64,000 nucleotides of DNA. Source: Candidatus Babeliales bacterium. Lineage in GTDB: Bacteria > Babelota > Babeliae > Babelales > JBFXEV01. The stretch's first letter is position 1, and every line of letters begins with the position of its first letter. Position numbers and translations under genes: made by a program. A model generated the notes under the pieces. The model was given only the letters and a program-made list of their open reading frames with translations. It made no database searches and was not told where the DNA came from. Shown here piece after piece: positions 25,552-34,274 of the stretch. The stretch covers positions 613,940 to 677,939 of the forward strand of contig JBFXEV010000001.1 of the NCBI GenBank assembly GCA_050179755.1, read 5' to 3'.

Positions 25552-26535
25552 ATGAAAGATTTTTGCAAATTGTTACTGGTTTTTTGGTTTCAGCTTGGTT
25601 CATTATGTGGAATGGAGGTTGAACAACCTGCAGCATTTCAACCAGATAGTTGGATAACAGATCTTTTATCGCACCAAGTTCCTCCAGCATCTACTATTAC
25701 TCCAAAAGAAGAACCTAAATTTCATGCATTATCTGTTTTTATGCAACAACTTACCTATCACGATAGGTTGTTGTTTAAAAAGATACCTTGCAGCGCTGTG
25801 CATGAAATAGATAAACAAGTTGCTGCAGTAACTGCTCTTGCAGAAAAGAAAGTGTGCCAAGCAAAGCCTACGCATCAAATAATACTTGTGGGCGATGATG
25901 CTATGGACGGTACAACTCAGTTACTTTTTGTGAGTGCTGTTGAAGCATTGTTAACTGTTGCTACAAAAAAAGGTTCAGCAGCGCAAAGATCTGGCTGGGT
26001 TTTTAAAGGTGAGTATGGTTTTTATATTTTGCATCCTTTGCATCTTGCGCTAAAGCATAATTTAATTGAATGTGCAGAAATATTAATAAAGAATGGTGTT
26101 GATTCTAATGCGCAAGATCATTTGGGCAGAGGGCCATTGCACGTAGTATCATTTCTTAAAGATGAAGATGCGCAAACTAAACTTGCAAAGCTTCTATGTT
26201 TTAAAGGCGGTGATTTAAATGGTGCAACTAAGCAAGGAATTACACCAATGGCTTCTGCCGTAGAAAGAAAAGCGCATAAGTTATTGGATTTTTTATTAGA
26301 CCTAGGAGCAAACCCTAATAGTAATGTGGAAGCTGAGGCGGCTGGTAAAAAAAGTTTGCATGCAGTGGGTGTTTCTCCACTTTGGCTTGCATTATCACAA
26401 AGAGACATTATATCAGTTGGGTTGCTTTTAAAAAGAAGAGCAAAATTAAAAGCTGCAGAGCAAGTGGCCGCGCAGCTTATGCATGATAACGAACAAGATC
26501 AAAATTATAAAGTACTTCTTAAGAAGGCTCTATAA
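25552..26535 (+). CDS. Exported ankyrin-repeat protein (327 aa)
   Basis: Signal MKDFCKLLLVFWFQLGSLCG. Repeats HPLHLALKHNLIECAEILIKNGVDSNAQD, GRGPLHVVSF, GITPMASAVERKAHKLLDFLLDLGANPN. Confidence 0.8.
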   Translation: MKDFCKLLLVFWFQLGSLCGMEVEQPAAFQPDSWITDLLSHQVPPASTITPKEEPKFHALSVFMQQLTYHDRLLFKKIPCSAVHEIDKQVAAVTALAEKKVCQAKPTHQIILVGDDAMDGTTQLLFVSAVEALLTVATKKGSAAQRSGWVFKGEYGFYILHPLHLALKHNLIECAEILIKNGVDSNAQDHLGRGPLHVVSFLKDEDAQTKLAKLLCFKGGDLNGATKQGITPMASAVERKAHKLLDFLLDLGANPNSNVEAEAAGKKSLHAVGVSPLWLALSQRDIISVGLLLKRRAKLKAAEQVAAQLMHDNEQDQNYKVLLKKAL

Positions 26536-26538
26536 AGA

Positions 26539-27165
26539 TTATTTCTCTTTTTTCGTTTCTATTGTCTCAAGACTCATATCCACGAATTTATGTAAATCAT
26601 TATAATCTTCATCGTCAGAAAGTTGCGATTTAGGAAGATATTGTTTACGCAATTCGTGTTTCTTTTTTTCTTCCGTTAATCGTTGTTCAAGTAATTCCAG
26701 AGTTTCTTGTTTTTCCGCTAGTCTAAGTGCACCTAATCGTTGCTCTATAATTGATTTACTTGCAGCATCGGGTTGTATTTTAAGATGTTGCATGCCGAGC
26801 AATAAAGAAATAAATCGATTTGAGGATGATTCTTTAGCTGCTCTAGAAATTGCATCTTCAAGAGTTCCTTGTAAAAGTGCCTTGCGCACAACGCCTGCAT
26901 GTAACTCCATTGCATCTTGGTGCGCTTGACGCTCAGCCGCTCCTGCACCAAATTCTTGGTCAAGTCGGTTTAGCACAGTTGTTACAACGCCCGGCATTGA
27001 AGGTAGTAGATCACTTAATTGCCAATTATCATCTGCGCTGTTGCTTGCAGCTTCCGCTGCAGGGCTTACTGCGCGTGGTGATCCTGCGGCAGGCGGCCAG
27101 CATTGCATTGCACACGCGTTATTAATAGTGCTTGTGAGAATAACTAAATAGAGTATTTTTTTCAT
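26539..27165 (-). CDS. Hypothetical exported protein with a C-terminal coiled coil (208 aa)
   Basis: Signal MKKILYLVILTSTINNACA. An A/P/S-rich stretch followed by a helical E/K-rich tail. No family recognised. Confidence 0.6.
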   Translation of the reverse strand: MKKILYLVILTSTINNACAMQCWPPAAGSPRAVSPAAEAASNSADDNWQLSDLLPSMPGVVTTVLNRLDQEFGAGAAERQAHQDAMELHAGVVRKALLQGTLEDAISRAAKESSSNRFISLLLGMQHLKIQPDAASKSIIEQRLGALRLAEKQETLELLEQRLTEEKKKHELRKQYLPKSQLSDDEDYNDLHKFVDMSLETIETKKEK

Positions 27166-27179
27166 ATTTTTAACCTTTT

Positions 27180-28430
27180 TTATTTCTTGTTGCCGGTAGG
27201 AGCATTATTACTATTAGCTACTGTAGCAGTAGGTTGTTTATTTGTTGTAGGTGAGCGCCCCGCTTGTTGTTGTTGCGCTGCGGCCGCAGGTTGCGCAAGC
27301 CTTGCTGCAGCGGGTGATGCTTGAGCAGGTAATGCAGCAGCTTGCATGTGCGCTTGTTGAGCTTGTTGCGATTCAGCAATTAATTGAGCAGCAGCAGCTT
27401 TAGCAATTCCGGCAGCTTCAAGTTCTTGCACAAGAATTTGTTCTTGTTTTGCATTGTATGCTTGTACTACATTAAGTTCACGTTGCATACGCTCTAATTC
27501 TTGATTCTTGAGCGCTAATTCATGTTGTTCTGCTTGCAATGCTAATGCAGCACGTTCTTGCTCTGCTTTTTGTGCTGCAAGTTGGGCGCTTCGTAGTGCC
27601 AACTCGTCTAATTGTGGCTGCAATGTTTGCTCGTCTTTGGTGATAGCTTCTAGCGCAGCTTGCGCGCGGGTTGTTTTTAGTTTTATTCTTGCTTTGGCAT
27701 CTGCTACTTTTTTGCTATCTTCGCTTTTAGCATTGCCAAGCCTTTCAATATAATCACAACTTTCTGCGCTACTAAGCATTGCTTGTTCTAAAAATTTAAA
27801 TAATAGTTTTTGAGCAGTTGTTCCGAAAGTAACTTCGTCTGGTTGTTCTCGTAATGCTGATACAAGGTCATTTGCTTCAGTTATTTTGCCGGAGAGCACT
27901 ATTATTTCAGCAATTGTGTTTACTACCTCTTCTCGTAGATTAGCGTTACTAAGATAATTTAAGAAGGTGCGGTTGGTAATATCTGGTGCTAATTGGCTAG
28001 GGTAAATCCGATACATTGATTTAAGTGCTCTAAAAAATAAAACAGAGCGTGCATCAAGGGTGGATAGCCTTGTTTTTATGTGCTTATGAATTCTTTCAAG
28101 AACTAAAGTAGAAATAGGATATTGTGGTATAACGTCGTCAACAGCATCAAGTATATTGCTTGTTAACTGATTTTCTTTTAAATATCCTTTAGTAAATCCT
28201 CTATGCATCCTATGGAGTAACGTTTGTTTTCCGTTCTCACTAGCTTTATTCCAATCCCCTCTTCTTATTTCATCAAATATAGAAGTTGGATTCAATTTAT
28301 CAGCCGCTGAGTTATAGACGTTGCCTGCTGTACTCACCGCTAACTTTACAGTTCCAGTTACATAATCCATGGAAATAGCATTATGGAAAACGCCACACAA
28401 CAAGGCACATGTTGCTATTTTTTTAAACAT
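27180..28430 (-). CDS. Hypothetical exported coiled-coil protein with a Q/A-rich tail (416 aa)
   Basis: GGGGGA RBS. Signal MFKKIATCALLCGVFHNAIS. Long A/Q/E/L heptad region and a low-complexity AAAQQQQAGRSPTT tail. Confidence 0.6.
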   Translation of the reverse strand: MFKKIATCALLCGVFHNAISMDYVTGTVKLAVSTAGNVYNSAADKLNPTSIFDEIRRGDWNKASENGKQTLLHRMHRGFTKGYLKENQLTSNILDAVDDVIPQYPISTLVLERIHKHIKTRLSTLDARSVLFFRALKSMYRIYPSQLAPDITNRTFLNYLSNANLREEVVNTIAEIIVLSGKITEANDLVSALREQPDEVTFGTTAQKLLFKFLEQAMLSSAESCDYIERLGNAKSEDSKKVADAKARIKLKTTRAQAALEAITKDEQTLQPQLDELALRSAQLAAQKAEQERAALALQAEQHELALKNQELERMQRELNVVQAYNAKQEQILVQELEAAGIAKAAAAQLIAESQQAQQAHMQAAALPAQASPAAARLAQPAAAAQQQQAGRSPTTNKQPTATVANSNNAPTGNKK

Positions 28431-28476
28431 AATAATTCCCCCTTTTTTACTTGCTATAATATTCTTTTTTTATACT

Positions 28477-29424
28477 TTATTGCGCCATTTTAGATTTTTG
28501 ATACACATTCTCTTGATATAACCAACGTGCAAGGTTATCAAGAAACACGTCCACATTGATCACCGTTGTTTTTGGTCCAACTGTTTCAATTTTTAATTCT
28601 TTTGGCACAGCTGTTTTGATAACTGCATGTTGATATCCTACATAAGGTTGGTTAGAAATTGCAAGGATTGTGCCTTGTGGATTCATTTCTTTAAGCCAAA
28701 GCTTAATAGTATCACCAGTATTTGGGCGACGTGTGTTGCCATCGGCAGCTTGCTGCATTGGTGTATCGATAAAAAACATTTGTACCGATTCTTTAAATTC
28801 TTTTGGCAAATTTGCTTGATCAACAATCATTTTTGCAGCTTCTGTCTCAGTGGTGGGTGCAACGCTTGGTTCTTGCCAATCATTTCTTATAGGCAGTTGT
28901 GTATTTGATCTATCAAATAGTTCTACGAGTGATTCTTTTTGAGCATCTAACGGTCGCTGTCCTACCAAGAAAATGAGTTGTTTAAAGCGGATGCCTTTAT
29001 TCCACAGATCAAGTGCATATTGTAAGCGTGTACGCATGCTAGAAAGTGTTGCGCCAAGAATAATAACATCATTATATTCTTTTTGCGTCGGTTTTATCTC
29101 GTCAAATATATGCAATTCTTTAAAGTAAGGTTCTAATTGAGGTTTGAGCTCATCAAATTTTTGCTCTATTTGCCAACGTTCAACACCGGGTTTGCGTAAC
29201 CATGCTTGCTGCGTTGCTTGCACAACAGAATCTAAAGTTCCATCATGTTGCACATTAGTTATTTTGAGAATTTCATTAAGTGCTGGCGAAATCATAGTAT
29301 GTTGCAGTACATAATTTGTTAGATCAACGTAATGCTCTTTGGTATCGGATTTAAAGCAGCCTGATGAGCATGAAAGTATTGCGCAAGATAAAAATAATAA
29401 GTGAGAGAATTTAGATCTATGCAT
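28477..29424 (-). CDS. Lipoprotein, possibly DUF218/YdcF-like
   Basis: Lipobox LSCSSGC. Blocks DVIILGATLSSMRTRLQYALDLW, TETEAAKMI, RPNTGDT and ILAISNQPYVGYQHAV loosely follow the DUF218 pattern. The family call is tentative. Confidence 0.5.
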   Translation of the reverse strand: MHRSKFSHLLFLSCAILSCSSGCFKSDTKEHYVDLTNYVLQHTMISPALNEILKITNVQHDGTLDSVVQATQQAWLRKPGVERWQIEQKFDELKPQLEPYFKELHIFDEIKPTQKEYNDVIILGATLSSMRTRLQYALDLWNKGIRFKQLIFLVGQRPLDAQKESLVELFDRSNTQLPIRNDWQEPSVAPTTETEAAKMIVDQANLPKEFKESVQMFFIDTPMQQAADGNTRRPNTGDTIKLWLKEMNPQGTILAISNQPYVGYQHAVIKTAVPKELKIETVGPKTTVINVDVFLDNLARWLYQENVYQKSKMAQ

Positions 29425-29437
29425 AGTTGTTTTTTCG

Positions 29438-30253
29438 CTAATGTGGTAATCGAAATATATTGCTCTGCTTTATTATCATCTCTTCTTTACATAATTGATA
29501 CAAGATCTTTTTTACTCGTTCTTCTTCTTTATTAATGTTCATAATAATAGTTTCATATGATATTGCAACAGACTCTGTCAGTAGTCTTATTATAGCACCG
29601 CGTATTTGCCTATCTGAGCCTTCAAACTTTGATTGCACTGCGTGATGTTTGCTTTTGCGGCTTGGATTAATCATGTGCGATTTAAGCAATACGCCATAAT
29701 CCATTAATGCATAGTACCATTCACGAGGGTTTGAAGAATCTAAAGCTTCTTTAATAAAGGGCATTAGTTCTTTATCTGAAATCTTATCTTTTTTCTGAAA
29801 GAAAAAATGAATAAACACGGTGCGAATATTGGTTTCTATAAAAACGTGGGGCTTGTTAAATGCAAACGTGCAAACTGCATGTGCGGTGTATGGCCCTATG
29901 CCAGGCAGCGCAATAAGCTCTTCTGGCTCGTGAGGGAATATGCCGTTATATTTGGTTACAATTTCTTTGCAGGCATTATGCAATGATTTTGCACGACGAT
30001 TATACCCTAAGCCTTGCCACATACAAAGAACATCAGCAAGTGGTGCCTGTGCCAAATTACTAAAGTTAGGAAATCTTTTTAAAAAAGCATCATACTTTGG
30101 TGCCACTCTATGAGTCTGGGTTTGTTGCAGCATGATTTCTGAAACTAGAATATGATAGGGGTCACTAGTTGTGCGCCAAGCAAATTCACGTTTGCTTGCG
30201 TTATAATGATCCCAGATGATCGTGCGAAATTGTTTGATGCTTAACTTTGTCAT
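29438..30253 (-). CDS. MutY-like HhH-GPD adenine DNA glycosylase lacking the Fe-S cluster loop
   Basis: ATG 30251-30253 (the track start is TTG two codons earlier). VSEIMLQQTQT, WQGLGYNRRA, LPGIGPYTAHAV. There are no Cys residues after ALMDYG, where MutY/EndoIII carry Cx6Cx2Cx5C. Short C-terminus. Confidence 0.75.
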   Translation of the reverse strand: MTKLSIKQFRTIIWDHYNASKREFAWRTTSDPYHILVSEIMLQQTQTHRVAPKYDAFLKRFPNFSNLAQAPLADVLCMWQGLGYNRRAKSLHNACKEIVTKYNGIFPHEPEELIALPGIGPYTAHAVCTFAFNKPHVFIETNIRTVFIHFFFQKKDKISDKELMPFIKEALDSSNPREWYYALMDYGVLLKSHMINPSRKSKHHAVQSKFEGSDRQIRGAIIRLLTESVAISYETIIMNINKEEERVKKILYQLCKEEMIIKQSNIFRLPH

Positions 30254-30293
30254 GCACAAAAGTGTACTGCAAAGGAAAAATTGAGCAACTAGA

Positions 30294-32957
30294 TTAAACC
30301 GGCCCTACTTTGAATATGCTGAGGTTATCTCTGTTAAGCACTCGCTTAACGGCATCACGCACTTCTTGAACCGTAATTTTTTTGATTTCTTCTATGCGCG
30401 TTACTAAATAATCGTGCGGATATTTCCTTGCATTTAAATACAAGAAAGTACTTACAATGGATCCATTTGTTGAATATTGATCATTAAGGTCATTTGCCAT
30501 AGTTTGCTGCGCAAGCACTAAATCATCTTGAGTAAATTCATTTGCTAGTGTATCGATTGTATTAAGAATTAATTCTTGTGCTTCTTGAACCCGTGTTTGG
30601 GAAACTTGGGTTTTAATAAAGACTTCGCCAGGTTCTTGATTTGCCCCTTGTACAACTGAGCCACCAATCCAGTAAAATGCATTTGTTTTTTCTCGTAAAG
30701 CAAATAATTTATTGTTAAACACAACATCAAATAAAAGTAATGGGATATAATCTTTATGTTTGCTATTGACTGAAAGTCCAATAAAACCAAGCATGATTTG
30801 CTCACGTTCAATGTTATAGGTGATTTCTGTTTCAGTTTTTTTAACTTGGCCATTGAATAGCTTGCGGTCTTCAACTTTTGGCCCGTGCCATTTACCCAGA
30901 GTCTTTTCTAATACTTCAATTATATTGATACCAGATAAATCTCCTGCAATAGCAATAGTTGCACCGTTAGGACTACAATAATTGGTGTGGAACGCTTTAA
31001 TATCGTCAAGAGTAATACTTGCAATCGACTCGGGCGTTCCAATAGGATCTTGGAAGAATCCTGCTTCTTCATACAGATGTTTGCCCATCAAATAACACAT
31101 AATTGATTGTGGATCATCCCAGTAGTTTACATAATCGGTGAGCGCAAGTTGTTTTTGCTTTTCTAATTTTTCTTGTTCAAATAAGGGGTTGCAAATAATA
31201 TCAGTTAAAAGTTCAAATGCTTTTTGAGCTTCTTTGTTTAGCGTACTCATTCGATATGTTCCTGGAGAGATTGCAATACCTATGCCTCTTTTTTCAACCT
31301 CATTCCAGAGTAGTTCTTTTGGCCAATTTTTTGTACCTTCAAATAACATGGCAACATATAGTGCGTTCAAAGGTGATTTGTCTTTTGGTTGATAACCGCT
31401 ATCGAATTTTAGGTCCAACTGTACTTCAATCTGTGGTAAATTATCATTGTGATAGTAGAGTACCTTAAGGCCATTTGAAAGGGTGTGCACTCCAGGTTTT
31501 GGAATGGCAATGGCAATAGGTTCTTGTGCGATTACTGTGTGCACGTACTTACCTTGCTCTACAGGAGACTGGCGCATTTTATTTTGCGAGAGCAAAAGAT
31601 CTTCTTGATTTACTTTCTCTTGTAGTTCTTTCCAAATGGGTCGTTCCTCTTCCGGAAGAGGTAGCAGTGTGCCCATGTGCCTTACTGAGCTGCGCAAGTA
31701 TTTTTTAATAAAGGTTTGTATTTCTTGTTTAATGTGCGCATAATCGTGTCTTAAATATTCAAATACGCCATCTTCTTTTTTGGTTGTAAGATAATGTGAA
31801 GCAATAGAAGATGCTTGAGCATGATTATTTTCCAGCATTACATAAAAGCTTGCTTCAAACATGGTGATTACTTTTGAAATTTCTTCAATTGTAGGCCCTT
31901 CAGTTTGCAGTAGAGAAAGTTCTTGCTGAATACAAGCTATTATTTTTTCTACATCTTCTTGTTGGTTTGGTTCAAATCCTATAAGCAGTATATCATGATC
32001 ATGAAGTCTCCATGTGTTTGCACTGATTGAATGTATCAACTTTTGGTTCTCTACTAATTTTTTATATAATCGAGAATTTTGCCCGCTACATAAGATATTT
32101 AAAAAGACATCAAGCGCAATGCTAGAGTATTTTTTTGAACCCGGAACTTCATATGCTATAGCTACAACTGGCTTTTGCACATTTCGGTAGAGAGTTACTG
32201 ATTTTGAGCAAATATCTTCTTGGTGAGTACATTGTTTTTGTTTATATGAAAAATTCGGTTTTTTGTCGCCAAAGTGCTTAGTAACTTGTTTAAGAGCCTC
32301 TTTAGGGTCAATATTACCTACAATTACCAAAACGGCATTGTTGGGAATATAATGCTTTTTATAGAATGCTACCAGTTTTTCACGAGATAACGATTCTAAG
32401 TCTGATTGATAACCAATTATAGGATAATGATACGGGTGATCAGGGAAAACAGAAGCCATCAATGTTTGGCTTACTTGGATGCCATAATCGTCACGGCAAT
32501 TTTTCATTTCTTGAATGACCACTTGAAGCTCAGCGTTAAGTAAGTCTTGCTTAAAGGTGCAATTGGTCATAATATCAGAAAGAATAGGGAGTGCCTCAAA
32601 CCAATGTTGGGTCGGTAAGTCTAAATAAAAACGTGTGCGATCATAGCTTGTATCCGCATTAAAAGAACCTGAAAGCTTGTTAACCGTTAGGCGAATATCA
32701 GTTTCGGACATTTTCTGAGTACCCTTAAAGCACATGTGCTCAAGCCAATGAGCAAGGCCCTTTTCATCGTCAGCTTCATGCTTTGAACCTACATTTACCC
32801 AAAGTTGAGTGCTCACGTTTTGTGTAGTTTTTACCGGCCGAATTAAGACGGTCAGACCATTTTCAAGCACATGTTTTTGCACGTGCGTGCTCGCATTAAT
32901 GAATGTAATGCAGAGTAAAAGGTTCAATGAGACTAGGTTAATAAGTAGTTTTTGCAT
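30294..32957 (-). CDS. Secreted M16 (pitrilysin/insulinase) family zinc peptidase, tandem-domain, 887 aa (paralog a)
   Basis: Signal MQKLLINLVSLNLLLCITFINA. Inverted zinc motif GLAHWLEHMCFKGT. A second inactive-type M16 half. Confidence 0.88.
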   Translation of the reverse strand: MQKLLINLVSLNLLLCITFINASTHVQKHVLENGLTVLIRPVKTTQNVSTQLWVNVGSKHEADDEKGLAHWLEHMCFKGTQKMSETDIRLTVNKLSGSFNADTSYDRTRFYLDLPTQHWFEALPILSDIMTNCTFKQDLLNAELQVVIQEMKNCRDDYGIQVSQTLMASVFPDHPYHYPIIGYQSDLESLSREKLVAFYKKHYIPNNAVLVIVGNIDPKEALKQVTKHFGDKKPNFSYKQKQCTHQEDICSKSVTLYRNVQKPVVAIAYEVPGSKKYSSIALDVFLNILCSGQNSRLYKKLVENQKLIHSISANTWRLHDHDILLIGFEPNQQEDVEKIIACIQQELSLLQTEGPTIEEISKVITMFEASFYVMLENNHAQASSIASHYLTTKKEDGVFEYLRHDYAHIKQEIQTFIKKYLRSSVRHMGTLLPLPEEERPIWKELQEKVNQEDLLLSQNKMRQSPVEQGKYVHTVIAQEPIAIAIPKPGVHTLSNGLKVLYYHNDNLPQIEVQLDLKFDSGYQPKDKSPLNALYVAMLFEGTKNWPKELLWNEVEKRGIGIAISPGTYRMSTLNKEAQKAFELLTDIICNPLFEQEKLEKQKQLALTDYVNYWDDPQSIMCYLMGKHLYEEAGFFQDPIGTPESIASITLDDIKAFHTNYCSPNGATIAIAGDLSGINIIEVLEKTLGKWHGPKVEDRKLFNGQVKKTETEITYNIEREQIMLGFIGLSVNSKHKDYIPLLLFDVVFNNKLFALREKTNAFYWIGGSVVQGANQEPGEVFIKTQVSQTRVQEAQELILNTIDTLANEFTQDDLVLAQQTMANDLNDQYSTNGSIVSTFLYLNARKYPHDYLVTRIEEIKKITVQEVRDAVKRVLNRDNLSIFKVGPV

Positions 32958-33068
32958 AAATAGAATCGCTTTTAGTATTAACTCAAAAAGTAGCTTTTGT
33001 CATAAAGTAAGCATAGCAGGATGGCGAGCTTTTTCAATTATTTTCCATATAATCACAAATTGAAATAA

Positions 33069-33106
33069 TTCGCGCAAGGCCGCCTGGCGCTTCAATCCTT
33101 GCCATT
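33069..33106 (-). repeat. GC-rich repeat family 1, short copy G (reverse orientation)
   Basis: The reverse complement AATGGCAAGGATTGAAGCGCCAGGCGGCCTTGCGCGAA shares AATGGC, CCAGGCG and TTGCG..AA with copy E. Confidence 0.35.
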
Positions 33107-33196
33107 ATTTTTACAAATTGTATAATAAGTAATAATAATATAATGTATTATGGTTAAATGGTGGATATTCTTCTTTTCTTATTAGTAAGGCAAAAA

Positions 33197-34261
33197 ATGG
33201 CCCAATCATTCAAAATGCTCACAATCCTTTGTTTGACTATCTCTGTAAGCAGTAAGGCTACGTTTGTAAAGATGGAGGAGTTATTTCACCCTCATCTTAA
33301 GCAGACAATTATTTTGGGTGCCGATATATATAGTAATGATATTTCTCAACAAGATGATGTATTGGCTGCGATACAAAATAACAAAGCATATACAATTTTA
33401 GAGGTTTTCAATGATGACAAGCCAATAAGTGAGCCTACATTACTTTTACATGCGCTAGAGGCAGAATTAACCCTTCAAAGATTGCCAGGCTATAAATGTG
33501 ATTTCGGAAAAGGCTTACGGCAACTTATTGATGCGAAATATTCCTTTAGAGAATACTATACTGAATGTATGAAAAAATTAGGGCAAGATGAAGATGCTAA
33601 AGCAGCAATTTTCATTTCTACTATTCGTGCATTTAACCAGGCACTTGCTGACGGCTTTGCTATACTCAAAGAAATTTCACAAGACATTGCACTTTTAAAA
33701 AATGATAATTTTTACTCAGCAGACCAGATAGAAATCCTTGCTATTGAATTGGACAAAATCGGTATTTTATGTAATGAAATAAATACTATTATTGCCACGG
33801 CGTTTCCAAAAGAAGTTGGTGATGATGAAACTGATACAATTACTTTTGTAGATTTGGTTTCGAGCGATACATTTATAGAAAGTATAAACGATTTGTTCCA
33901 TGGCGAGAGTAGTCTATTTTCAAACTTGTTTGATATGAGTAATTTATTATTTGAGATGCGAGTAATAGTTCATATTTTAAAAAATAAACGAGAGCCAGTT
34001 ATTTTTGTGTGTGCATATGAATCGCGTATTGATAATATATCAAGGATTTTAAAAGATTTATCATATATTGTTCAGACATCAAAAGAAAGAGATTTAAGCA
34101 ATCTACCAACTAGTCCTAATATTTATATTGGGGTGGACGCTATTTCTATTTCACCGTATTTTATATTGGCTGCAATTCCAGAGTTTAATGTTCAAGAATT
34201 TATAGCTGCGTGCAAAACATTAAAAAACAACCCGCCTGCAGATGTTGCCGCGGCGGGTTAA
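33197..34261 (+). CDS. Hypothetical exported protein (354 aa) inserted between M16 paralogs
   Basis: ATG 33197 (MAQSFKMLTILCLTISVSSKA signal) after TAAGG. No family recognised. Confidence 0.6.
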   Translation: MAQSFKMLTILCLTISVSSKATFVKMEELFHPHLKQTIILGADIYSNDISQQDDVLAAIQNNKAYTILEVFNDDKPISEPTLLLHALEAELTLQRLPGYKCDFGKGLRQLIDAKYSFREYYTECMKKLGQDEDAKAAIFISTIRAFNQALADGFAILKEISQDIALLKNDNFYSADQIEILAIELDKIGILCNEINTIIATAFPKEVGDDETDTITFVDLVSSDTFIESINDLFHGESSLFSNLFDMSNLLFEMRVIVHILKNKREPVIFVCAYESRIDNISRILKDLSYIVQTSKERDLSNLPTSPNIYIGVDAISISPYFILAAIPEFNVQEFIAACKTLKNNPPADVAAAG

Positions 34262-34274
34262 TGTTTCTTGGTGC

